Assembly (NCBI RefSeq): GCF_018398935.1
Contig: NZ_CP074694.1
Location: 2,460,001 to 2,492,000, forward strand
Origin: Telmatocola sphagniphila
Lineage (GTDB): Bacteria; Planctomycetota; Planctomycetia; Gemmatales; Gemmataceae
Direction: 5' to 3'
Length of the DNA: 32,000 nt
Shown here: piece by piece, positions 1-8,841 of the stretch
How positions within the stretch are numbered: position 1 is the stretch's first letter
Layout: the number at the start of each line of letters is the position of its first letter
The notes under the pieces: model-generated
What the model was told of the DNA's origin: nothing
Seen by the model: only the letters and a program-made list of their open reading frames with translations
Database searches by the model: none
Position numbers and translations under genes: made by a program

Positions 1-3000
1 TTCAGTTCGTTGAAAATCCTCAGTTGAATCGCCTGGAAAAGTTTCTCCCCGCTTCCCAAAGCAACTTCGCTCTTGTAACGCAGGGCGTGATTGTACAAAT
101 CGATCAGCGCGAAGCGAAACCAGTTCTTCTGATCCTGCGAGGCTGGTTTTTCCAGCTGAGTTTGAATCCAGGTTTCAGCCTGCGTGTGATGTTTCAGTCG
201 CTCCAGATTGGAAATATAGCTGGAAATGATCGGATTCGCCTCGACGGGCAAGCGACCGCCATTTGCTTCAGCGAATTCCTTCAGAGCTGCTTGCAGGAGA
301 TCGGCCGTCCGTGGAAAGTCGGCCTGCACTTGCGACAAACTATAAGCGATGTGCAGTCGATCCGAAGAACCAATCTTCGCGTTAGCCAGCAGTTCGTTCA
401 ACTGTCGGAACTGCTCATGGCGTAACTTCTCAGGAGACAGTTGCCCCAGCGAAGCCAATAGACTTGCCATCAGCCGCGGTTCGCCAGGCGTCCATTCGCG
501 CTGGAAAGCTCGGCTTAGCGCTTCGTACGCCTTATCGATGTGCGGGCCCGCCTGATTCTGCAGAGCGGCCGCTCGAATTTCGATTAGCAGTTCCAGGATA
601 TCCAAAGCCCGGCGATCGACCGGAGTTTTGGCATCCTTTCGGACTATTTGAATTCTTTGGACAATCTCATCTACCACGGCTTCGTCGCGAATTTCGCCTA
701 ACACCGACCGCATCCCCTGCAGGAACGGGTGGACCTCCCCCGCCGTATGGCCTAGGACGGCATCGGGCAGCATCTGGAGCAACCGGAAGTCTCGGCAGGC
801 GGAATAGAAAGCTTGCAATTGCGAGAGATAATTCTGCGGCGTGGCCGACTTTTCGAAGAGAGCCCGGAATATGTAAAGAACTTCCGGGTCCAAATGAGTC
901 GGCAGGTTTCCATTCGCATACTGCCAGGGTCGCAGCTGAACATAAATGATCTGACTGAGTTGATATTCCTCCATCGTTTTATACACGGCAACCTTAGCCT
1001 GATCCGATTCGAGCTTTTTATTTTCCACCAGGTAATAATTGGCCAAAGTCTGGTAGTCGGCGGGTCCCAGATCTCCGGTATCTCGGATTTGCTCGAAGAG
1101 CTTGATCGCTTCGGAGACATTCCCCTGTTCGGCGCGGAGATATCCTAATGCGACCACCCACACACCGTTCGCGGCAGTGTCCCGGATCCAGGCGGTCAGA
1201 TCTTTTTCGAGATCCTTGGTGCGATCCAGACCGATTAACAGCAGATATTTCTCAGCTCGCCAACGCTCGACCTCCTTGTGATCCTTCATCTGCAAGTCAA
1301 AATACTGCAGCAAGCGTTCTCCTGGTTCCGGCTTGGCCCCTTTACGAGTGGCCAAATTTTCCAACATGATCAGGTTGCGCTGCTGCAGAGCTCTCGCCAA
1401 TCGCAGATTCAGGCTCTCTTCCTCATCGAGGTTTGCGTGCGGTAAGGATTGCCGGAAATCCTTCCAGCATTCTTCAGCCACCTGCTCGAGATTTCGCTCG
1501 AGTAGAATATCCAGCCAGTGACGTTCCGCTCGCAACCAAAGCGCGAACGGAGGCGCCGCTTTCTGACTTTCTTCGTTCAAGCGGTTGGAATATCCTTCCC
1601 GTGCCAGACGAAGGAATTCCAGATTCTTCTTTTGCAATTCCGTTCGAGTCAGTCGCTCCGGGTGCTCCAGAGTTTTCTTCAGAGCGCCTTCGCGGGACTT
1701 CAGCATTGCACTGGTAAGTTGGAGTAAGTGGCTGACGTAACTCGCCAATTTCTGCTCGGGTTCGTCGCTCTCAGTCAACTTGTCGAGAAGAATAAAGCAT
1801 TCCTTCTCGATCGCATCCGTCCAGCTATGAGCCAAAAGCAATGCGAATAATTTCTCCGCATAAAGCAAACGGTACTGTTCGGGACCTTCCCGATATTCCC
1901 GACGCACGAACTCCAGATCCCGATCTCCCGCCTCCCGAGACAAAAGACTCAGAATTACTTCTCCAATACGATGCTTCAGTTCCGGATTCTTCTCGCTCGT
2001 CCAACGACGGGTGAGCGTTTCCAGCAATTTCTTCAACTGGGCCTCGTAATTTGATAGTTCCGGGCTCACCCAACGAACCAGATGTTCTATCCTCGTTATT
2101 GACATAGTCTCTGCATCTTGGAAAAGCTTGGAGGCAAACTCTTTACGTAGCGCCAAGGCTGCTTCCGTGGAGTTGAAACGTGAATTGAAAATGGTACTCA
2201 CGAATTGAAGCCGATCATCGAATCGCGACAGTTGACGTGCCGACTTCTCCAGGGCGGGAACCCAGCTTTCATCGAATCGCGAAAGATAAATATCTACCAT
2301 CTGGCTGCAGGCGAATTGGATTGCGGCCTCAAGCCGAGCGCGAGCCGCGGGGGTGAGTTCCCCGTTCGCCTCCCCTTCGTTCAACCAGAGTACCACTTTA
2401 TCTTTGGCTTCTTTTACCTGATTGCTTCGGACCAGGGACTGCAAATAGAGGGCGTAGTGAGAATAAGATTCCGAGTCGTTTTTTAGCCAGCCGGCCAGAT
2501 TCGTGGCCAGGTCGCGATAGCGGCCGCGCTGTTTCAGAAATTGGAACAGCAGATCATGCAAATCGGTTTCCTGGCGCTTATTCCAGTTCGCGGCAGGTAC
2601 CAGAATCTTCTGCAGCCATTTGTCGGCGGCTTCAAAATCATCCGCTTCAATCAAATTTTTGACATGCTCGTGCTGAACCTGATATTCCTTGGGATATTCC
2701 AAAGTGAGCTGACGGGAAAGTTCCAGCGCCCGAGTCAGTTGTCCCGTGAGTTTAATCAGATTTATCTCGCGGGTCCGCCAGAGAATCGGAGCTTTTAGCT
2801 GGGCCGGTTGGCGATAATACAGCTCTTTAACCATAGCTTCAACCTGTATCAATTCATTCGCTTCCAGAATCTGGTTCGCTTGCGAGTAATTGTGCTCAGC
2901 GAGAAAATAGGCATTTGCTTGCACTTTGGGATCCTGGGAATTCACCAGGTTCCGGGCATCTTCCAACAAACGATTTTTCAATGGCTCATGCTGCCGGCTG

Positions 3001-6000
3001 GCCATCAGGAAGGAATTTACAAGGAATCGCAGTCCCGGTTTAGTGGCCGTGAGCTTCTCGAATTCGGAGAGTTGTTCCTGAGCGATAGCCCAGCGCTGAG
3101 AACTGGCGAAGTGAATAGTTAAAACAGCTCGCTCGATGAGAGTCGCCTTCCCCTCCTGCACGGCGGCCTTCGCTTCCTGAACCGAGGGGAGCTTCCGAGG
3201 CAGAAAAATCCCCCGCTCTATAAGACGAAGCTCATCTTTCATTTTCTGAGCAAAATTCGGCTTGGCTAACTCCGCAACTTGCAGGGTGACTCGAGAAACC
3301 ACCACTCCCTTTTCATTAATCGTTTCAATCTTGCGAGCCCACCACTGGCCACCGACTTCGATAAAATCACCGATTTGAATAGATGAAGTGATCTTCTCTT
3401 TGGCGCGATATTCCACGCTCAATACCACGTGTCGGCTGGTGTCGATGATATAACGAACTTCACTATCCTTTGAGTTCGGAATCTTGAGAATCAGAACCGA
3501 TCGTTCGGCGTTAATCTTTTCGACAGTAGCCAACTGATTCGAATTCACAATATGAAGTAGGCCGTTGGAATAATCGTGAAATCGGACCTGCGGATAGAGC
3601 AGATCGCTCTTAGCACTGGCGCGAGTACGACCTAGTTGGAACGCCGTGTGATAAAGTCCCGTTACCTTTTCATCCGACCAGGAAATAATCCCCGGGCCCC
3701 CATCAGGTTGCAGAGAAGTCAACCAGGCATTCCCCGAGAGAAGGGTCATCTCGTGGCTTCGTTCCTTCAATTCATTGCTGTCCGTATCAAAGTTGTCGAT
3801 CTGCGCGGTTACTTGGACTCCTCCTGCGAGTGTTCGGATCTTTTCCAATCGGGAAAGGCTCTGGGAAAGCTCAATCGCTTCTTTGGACCAGTGCGACTTA
3901 ATCACACGCGGTTCTGAAGTTCGCGCTATCACTTGGGGGAATAGAGAATCCAACCAGATTGGTCTTGGAGGGGTGGGAAATTGCAGTCGTCTGCGGTCGT
4001 ACATCAAATTCAATATCGACAAATCGGTTAGTCTTCCTCCGAAACCGGTTCGTCCAGCGGGCATCGACCGCTGCAAGCGTTTTCCGAGGAACAAGTTCTC
4101 AGAAACAGGCTCGCTGAGTGGTGCAAGCTTGTCCCTTGGCTCTTCGAATTCGGTGGAGTCGATCTCACTTTCACTCTTTGAGGGTGATGGCGTCAAATCA
4201 GTCGCGTCCAGTCCAAGAGCAGGAGATTCGATCTCTTTAAGGTCCTTTTCGCCACCTCCAAGAAGGGAGGGTAACTTCATGCCGAACTCTTCTCCGTAAA
4301 TTGCATCTTGTTTTTTGTCGTCGATTAAACCTGCGATCTCGATAATTTCTTCAGGAGTTCGCGAATCACTTTCGGGGGCGCCTTCCATGGCCCAAGCTCG
4401 GGGGTTTCTGATCATTAGTTCCCGATTTGGAATCACGTTGTTCACTCGCCCCAATCCCAGCAGTCGCGACAAAACCTGCTTACGAAGCTGAATCCGATAA
4501 TCCCCGGCCAGACGCATCTGCTTTTGCTTCAATTCGAAAGAGGAATTATCCTGTCCCAGAGCGAAGAATTTTTCTCCATCGCGCATTTGAAACCGACGTT
4601 TCACGGCGAATCGTGCGCGATCCGTATCCGATTCAAGCACTAGCAGCGATGTGTAGGGAGTGATGATTTGAAACTCCTCCGAGAGGGCAATAATCTCCTG
4701 TTTGATCGATTCGGAACTGCCCTGCTCCAGGAGTTTATCCAGATGCATGCGAGCCCAGAGACGAGGGATAAATGAGTTACCCGCTTCGGCGTCCCGCAGC
4801 GAAATTTTGGTGGTATACCGTACAGGCTTGCCACCCAATTTCCCGGTAACGATCAGCTCTCCGGCTTGATCTTTCCCTTCCGGAAGATACCGGCCGAGCA
4901 GGATCTGCTGCGAACCGCTGGGAAGATTCGGAATCTCCTCTGGATAGACTCGGGCCGTACGAATCCCCTGGAACTCCACCTTGAGATCGCGAATTCCCGG
5001 CGACGCTATTTCGCGAAGGAGTTCGAGTGCCGAGATTTGCGGGCCATGTTCGCTCGAAATTCTTCGGATGGAACCGCCGCCGATCGACGCTATAGCCTTC
5101 AGTACCGCGGGTTCGGTACTATTTCCCACGGTTACCGCATGAAAAGTACCCGGCTTATTGGAAGCAATTTGATTCAAACGTTTGGCGAATGCAATCGGAT
5201 CGGCGTCAATCGTAGTGGGAACCGCATCGCCAATGTAGATGACGTGCGTTTTTGCGTCGGTTTGCGTCAGGGCCGAGCCAAAAGCGCGATCCAAATCGGT
5301 CCAACCCAGTGATTTCCGCTTGGCCAGTGTATTCTGAATTAAGGCAATGTTGGTGGCGGTGGCCGGTTGTGGGTTGTCGAAGAGCCAGTTGGTATTCACG
5401 TCGCAGGTAGCAAAATTTATGAAATCTTTTTCGGTGAGCGCACTGGCTAAAGAGGCGATGAAAGTTTTTTGGGCCGCACGCTGATTCTTATCCAGGGAAG
5501 CCGAGGTATCGGCCAGAATCAGCAATCGAAGCGGCTCGCTATTGGGAATTAAAGGCCGTTCCCAGATCCCATCCGAACCCGGCGGCATCAGTTGAACCAT
5601 AAAATAGCCGTCGTCACCGCGACGATGCGGAATGACCACCACCTCGGACTGTCGCCCTTCCAGTTCCACAACCGCTTCAAAATCTCGTGTCGGCGTATAT
5701 TCCTGCGCGGTGAATTCCACTTTTCCCGAATGCTCCGTCTTGGCAATCCGACTTAAGTGCGTGGGTGAAGAGATATTTTTGATGGGGAGCGCCGAATGCA
5801 GTTGGACGTCGATTTTCAACTCGCGAAGAGGATGTTGCTTCAGCAATTCGCTCTGGAGGCCATAGCTATAGCGGTACTTATTCCCCTGGAGTGGCAGAAC
5901 CTGAGTATAGGTGATTTTGATTCGCTTTTCTGATGAGGCGTTTATCGGAAAGACCCGGGCCTTGAACATATTCCCCCCGGCCCACTCCAGCAGACCGGGA

Positions 6001-7028
6001 TCGCGTTTTTCACGGAGAATGGTTTCGTATATTTCACGTGCCCGCTCCTTCTCAACGATATCGGCTTCCACGAGTTTATCGCCGATCCACATGCCGAAGC
6101 CGGAGATCGAAGCATCGGCTGGCAACGGAAAATAGAAAACCCCTTCCAGAACCCCCGGCGTATGATTCACGAACGATTCCTCAATCGTCGTGCGGGCGAT
6201 CTGATCGCGAATGTCTACTTGAACGTGGTGGTAACCGACCGTCAGCGGAGTGCTTCGCCCATCGAGATTGGCAATCAACGAGCCGATCGATTCGTTGGCC
6301 GTAATTCCTTTGAATCCCTGCAGCCAGAGTGGCTCCTGCTCGACGGCGACCAGTTTTTCCTTTTCAATGCGGAAGATCTTCTTGGTAGCCACGCTCACTT
6401 TCTGAAGATCCGGCCCCACCAGTTCAATGGGTGCATTCGCTGCCGGGATGAGTTCGAGTTCCCCGGAAGAGAGTCGTATCTCGGTTGGTTTCACGAGTTC
6501 GACCGTCGAATGGGGACCTACAATTAACCCACTAGAATTGATGAGCCGGACGGAAGCGGCGTTGGCTCCCCGCGCATCGGTTCTTACCAGATCGCCCGGC
6601 TTGAGTACTAAATGTGGAGTTACTGGCGACCAGCGTTCCTGCTGAACGGGTTTCACCGTCACGAGTCCCTGGGAATCGGTAATTTTCCCGATTCTACCAT
6701 CATCGATCAATTTTTCCCCCAGCACGAATTTGTCTTCCGGCGCAGGCGGATCGGTGGGAAACAGCGGGACCACCCAGCGTGCAACAACTAATCCGATAAC
6801 TAACAAGGCGGCTAGTCCGCTAGCCGTCCATTTGAAACTCGAAATAAACATGATTCGTTTTCTCGATTGGGGAGAGGTCGAGGCCTTCTGGCTCTCGAGG
6901 AATATTTGCGTAGATTGTTCGCGTAAACGATTCAGATAAGCGGGATCGGGCGTCGGAATCGAGCCGTTCAACGACTTCATCAGAGCCTGAATTTGATCTT
7001 CGTTCGGGCGAGGTTCAGGTATGTTCAT
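1..7028 (-). CDS. Giant membrane-anchored anti-sigma-like sensor protein, partial (C-terminus lies beyond position 1). Order: short cytoplasmic N-terminus, one TM helix, FecR-like domain, VIT domain, vWA domain, acidic linker, beta-rich domain, more than 1,100 aa of helical-repeat-like sequence.
   Basis: Absent from the supplied ORF track because it has no in-window stop. I translated the minus frame from ATG 7028 down to position 3 without meeting a stop. GAGG lies 6 nt upstream of ATG 7028; an alternative ATG is at 7043, and an in-frame TGA sits at 7049-7047. No other ORF is listed in this minus frame between 1 and 7028, which fits one continuous open frame. The product starts MNIPEPRPNEDQIQALMKSL. 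TM helix WTASGLAALLVIGLVVARWVV is at about 6775-6840. A FecR-like stretch (GKITDSQGLVTVKP...W...LKPGDLVRTDARG) is at about 6430-6700. A VIT-like stretch (FVNHTPGVLEGVFYFPLPADASISGFGMWIGDKLVEADIVEKERAREIYE..KRDPGLLEW) is at about 5880-6240. A vWA domain with MIDAS-type DTSAS (LRLLILADTSASLD) is at about 5040-5535. Confidence 0.85.
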   Translation of the reverse strand, partial: MNIPEPRPNEDQIQALMKSLNGSIPTPDPAYLNRLREQSTQIFLESQKASTSPQSRKRIMFISSFKWTASGLAALLVIGLVVARWVVPLFPTDPPAPEDKFVLGEKLIDDGRIGKITDSQGLVTVKPVQQERWSPVTPHLVLKPGDLVRTDARGANAASVRLINSSGLIVGPHSTVELVKPTEIRLSSGELELIPAANAPIELVGPDLQKVSVATKKIFRIEKEKLVAVEQEPLWLQGFKGITANESIGSLIANLDGRSTPLTVGYHHVQVDIRDQIARTTIEESFVNHTPGVLEGVFYFPLPADASISGFGMWIGDKLVEADIVEKERAREIYETILREKRDPGLLEWAGGNMFKARVFPINASSEKRIKITYTQVLPLQGNKYRYSYGLQSELLKQHPLRELKIDVQLHSALPIKNISSPTHLSRIAKTEHSGKVEFTAQEYTPTRDFEAVVELEGRQSEVVVIPHRRGDDGYFMVQLMPPGSDGIWERPLIPNSEPLRLLILADTSASLDKNQRAAQKTFIASLASALTEKDFINFATCDVNTNWLFDNPQPATATNIALIQNTLAKRKSLGWTDLDRAFGSALTQTDAKTHVIYIGDAVPTTIDADPIAFAKRLNQIASNKPGTFHAVTVGNSTEPAVLKAIASIGGGSIRRISSEHGPQISALELLREIASPGIRDLKVEFQGIRTARVYPEEIPNLPSGSQQILLGRYLPEGKDQAGELIVTGKLGGKPVRYTTKISLRDAEAGNSFIPRLWARMHLDKLLEQGSSESIKQEIIALSEEFQIITPYTSLLVLESDTDRARFAVKRRFQMRDGEKFFALGQDNSSFELKQKQMRLAGDYRIQLRKQVLSRLLGLGRVNNVIPNRELMIRNPRAWAMEGAPESDSRTPEEIIEIAGLIDDKKQDAIYGEEFGMKLPSLLGGGEKDLKEIESPALGLDATDLTPSPSKSESEIDSTEFEEPRDKLAPLSEPVSENLFLGKRLQRSMPAGRTGFGGRLTDLSILNLMYDRRRLQFPTPPRPIWLDSLFPQVIARTSEPRVIKSHWSKEAIELSQSLSRLEKIRTLAGGVQVTAQIDNFDTDSNELKERSHEMTLLSGNAWLTSLQPDGGPGIISWSDEKVTGLYHTAFQLGRTRASAKSDLLYPQVRFHDYSNGLLHIVNSNQLATVEKINAERSVLILKIPNSKDSEVRYIIDTSRHVVLSVEYRAKEKITSSIQIGDFIEVGGQWWARKIETINEKGVVVSRVTLQVAELAKPNFAQKMKDELRLIERGIFLPRKLPSVQEAKAAVQEGKATLIERAVLTIHFASSQRWAIAQEQLSEFEKLTATKPGLRFLVNSFLMASRQHEPLKNRLLEDARNLVNSQDPKVQANAYFLAEHNYSQANQILEANELIQVEAMVKELYYRQPAQLKAPILWRTREINLIKLTGQLTRALELSRQLTLEYPKEYQVQHEHVKNLIEADDFEAADKWLQKILVPAANWNKRQETDLHDLLFQFLKQRGRYRDLATNLAGWLKNDSESYSHYALYLQSLVRSNQVKEAKDKVVLWLNEGEANGELTPAARARLEAAIQFACSQMVDIYLSRFDESWVPALEKSARQLSRFDDRLQFVSTIFNSRFNSTEAALALRKEFASKLFQDAETMSITRIEHLVRWVSPELSNYEAQLKKLLETLTRRWTSEKNPELKHRIGEVILSLLSREAGDRDLEFVRREYREGPEQYRLLYAEKLFALLLAHSWTDAIEKECFILLDKLTESDEPEQKLASYVSHLLQLTSAMLKSREGALKKTLEHPERLTRTELQKKNLEFLRLAREGYSNRLNEESQKAAPPFALWLRAERHWLDILLERNLEQVAEECWKDFRQSLPHANLDEEESLNLRLARALQQRNLIMLENLATRKGAKPEPGERLLQYFDLQMKDHKEVERWRAEKYLLLIGLDRTKDLEKDLTAWIRDTAANGVWVVALGYLRAEQGNVSEAIKLFEQIRDTGDLGPADYQTLANYYLVENKKLESDQAKVAVYKTMEEYQLSQIIYVQLRPWQYANGNLPTHLDPEVLYIFRALFEKSATPQNYLSQLQAFYSACRDFRLLQMLPDAVLGHTAGEVHPFLQGMRSVLGEIRDEAVVDEIVQRIQIVRKDAKTPVDRRALDILELLIEIRAAALQNQAGPHIDKAYEALSRAFQREWTPGEPRLMASLLASLGQLSPEKLRHEQFRQLNELLANAKIGSSDRLHIAYSLSQVQADFPRTADLLQAALKEFAEANGGRLPVEANPIISSYISNLERLKHHTQAETWIQTQLEKPASQDQKNWFRFALIDLYNHALRYKSEVALGSGEKLFQAIQLRIFNEL

Positions 7029-7635
7029 GGCAAGCCTCAGCATCAGTCATGGTCTCGCCCGTGAGCTTTTTGAAAATCCCTCGAAAGGCTTCCCGGGCGC
7101 GAGCCAGTTTGGAGCGCACGGCCGTTTCGGTGGTTCGCTCCCGTTCCGCAATGACGAGAATGGGTTCATCCTCTAAATATTTCGCAATCAACAATTCCGC
7201 GTAATCGTCGGGCAACTCGATCAAAACGGTTCGGACGAGTTGCTGCAACTCGGCCGATTCCAGCAGATCGGGGGCGAGAGAATCATTTCCTTCCAACCAG
7301 CGAGCCAGTCGCCCTTGACTGGCCGCTAGCCATTCGGGCCGATTCAATCGGGCCTGCTGTTGGCACTTTCGGAAGTGCAGGGACACCTGCAGTCGAGTAA
7401 TGCCCCAGAGCCAGACCCAAAGAGTTCCTTTCGATTCGTCGTATGTTCGAATGGAACGGGCGGCGGCCATCAAAGATTCCTGAACCACGTCCCCAATATC
7501 CGCTGATTGGGAGCCTAATAAGCGGGCCACGCCGTGCCAGACTCGCGGTGCGTAGCAATCGTACAAGGACTGCCAGGCGTGGGTATGCCCCTCCCGCAGT
7601 CCTCGAACAACCGTACGTGCCTGGTTCTCATCCAT
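7015..7635 (-). CDS. ECF-type RNA polymerase sigma-70 family factor
   Basis: 206-aa ORF. Region 2-like sequence: DVVQESLMAAARSIRTYDESKGTLWVWLWGITR. Region 4 HTH-like sequence: LPDDYAELLIAKYLEDEPILVIAERERTTETAVRSKLARAREAF. The size and two-domain layout are typical of group IV (ECF) sigma factors. Its 3' end overlaps the start of the downstream giant ORF. Confidence 0.9.
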   Translation of the reverse strand: MDENQARTVVRGLREGHTHAWQSLYDCYAPRVWHGVARLLGSQSADIGDVVQESLMAAARSIRTYDESKGTLWVWLWGITRLQVSLHFRKCQQQARLNRPEWLAASQGRLARWLEGNDSLAPDLLESAELQQLVRTVLIELPDDYAELLIAKYLEDEPILVIAERERTTETAVRSKLARAREAFRGIFKKLTGETMTDAEACHEHT

Positions 7636-7887
7636 AAATCGGGGATCCGTAGCTTCGCATTCGAGACGGCCTCGATTGCGGTAATCGAATCGATTCCCGC
7701 AAAAACCTCTTGCCGGTAAACTACCGGTCTTTTGGGGTGTTGTTACTATCCTATTTGCGCGGAAGGACCGAAATGTATCGCGGAAAACTTCGAGAATTGG
7801 GAAGTTGAGCTGTAACTTGCTGGAGGACCAGCAGTTGCGAAGCGAAATTCCTCGTAGAAGACTGGCGGAACTGAGAATCTCGGAGGG

Positions 7888-8517
7888 TTAAGAATCCGAA
7901 TCCAGGATTTTGAAAGATTCGAAGAATTTGATGGCGTTCGGATGTTCTTCAGTCATCCCGACGCCGCCGATGAGCTGAACGAATAATTGCTTATCGATCA
8001 CATAGGCGCGAACCAAAAATTTGACTTGCCGACGCGTATATTCCGCCACCAATTGTTTTCCGGGAGAATCGCCGAGTTTGATCGACTTTCGGCTCACCTC
8101 CCGTATGGTGGGAATATCCCGTCGCAAGCTCTGCATAAAACTCATGCAGACATCATCCAGGACCGCTACTTCCGAGCGAGTAGACAACTCGGAGAGGATC
8201 TTATCCTTGGTGTAAGCGAATTTAAAAATGGTATTCTCTTCTGGCTGGAGAGAATAAGTAACTATTTCCATTCCGGAAATGGTATCTTCCGTCGGCCGCA
8301 CTTTATTCGGGAGCATAAACCGAAAGTGATTTTGAACGAGGATTTCTTTCCAGAGTTCCTTGTTCTCAGTTGCCTTGGATGAGGAATATTTTTGCATTCC
8401 TTCCCGGGCAAGAAAGAAGCTCATCGCTCCGAAAACCAGGCCCAAAATAGTTACGAGGGGAGTACTCGTTCCCTTGCGGCTGTAAAGGCTCGACAGCACG
8501 GCACTGGAGAGGATCAT
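7888..8517 (-). CDS. Hypothetical N-terminally membrane-anchored protein
   Basis: 209-aa ORF with an ATG start. One hydrophobic helix (LVTILGLVFGAMSFFLA) is followed by a soluble domain with no motif I recognise. Coding-like composition, somewhat AT-richer than its neighbours. Confidence 0.6.
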   Translation of the reverse strand: MILSSAVLSSLYSRKGTSTPLVTILGLVFGAMSFFLAREGMQKYSSSKATENKELWKEILVQNHFRFMLPNKVRPTEDTISGMEIVTYSLQPEENTIFKFAYTKDKILSELSTRSEVAVLDDVCMSFMQSLRRDIPTIREVSRKSIKLGDSPGKQLVAEYTRRQVKFLVRAYVIDKQLFVQLIGGVGMTEEHPNAIKFFESFKILDSDS

Positions 8518-8649
8518 GCACCAATCTCCGCGAATTATTCACTATTCGTCTGGGTTTAAGGATTTCGAGTCCTTTTGATATATAGCACCCGAACAAATTA
8601 AAATTCGGCGAAAAGTGAAATTGAATGCGGTTGCTGCCCGCCCTCAATT

Positions 8650-8666
8650 TTCAGATTAAATCTGAA
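8650..8666. promoter_or_regulatory. Perfect 17-bp palindrome, candidate operator
   Basis: TTCAGATT-A-AATCTGAA read directly, with 8-nt arms that are exact reverse complements. It lies in the divergent intergenic region about 175 nt upstream of the ABC ATPase ATG (8842). The loop is too short for it to act as an RNA hairpin. Confidence 0.25.
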
Positions 8667-8841
8667 GAAATGCTGGGGTATTTTGCTCACGCAGCGAGCC
8701 GTCGCCAGGCCATAGGAATGTCGGTGAAATTTTAGTCGGCTTCCGGCAATTCGCTACCGGCATTGAAAATCTGGCCGGAACCATATCAAATCAGAGCATC
8801 GATGAATTTTCTGCCGGAGTCTGCGGGAGGCCAGGGATAAT

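Noticed and set aside
24-6939. About 30 short plus-strand ORFs, and three minus-strand ORFs in other frames, tiling the first 7 kb in the supplied track
   Set aside because: All lie inside, and out of frame with, the single uninterrupted minus-strand frame (1-7028). That frame encodes a coherent protein with TM, FecR-like, VIT and vWA motifs. The short ORF products are Arg/Ser/Pro-rich nonsense typical of shadow frames.
7636-7887. Candidate autoregulated ECF promoter upstream of the sigma factor gene (GGGAAT on the minus strand at 7698-7693) and short hairpins (CCGGTA-aac-TACCGG at ~7713-7727; AACTtGCTGG...CCAGCAGTT at ~7813-7836)
   Set aside because: The spacing from GGAAT to any CGT-type -10 element does not fit the usual 16-17 nt. 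The hairpins are short or lack a U tract in the relevant orientation. There is not enough support to annotate them.
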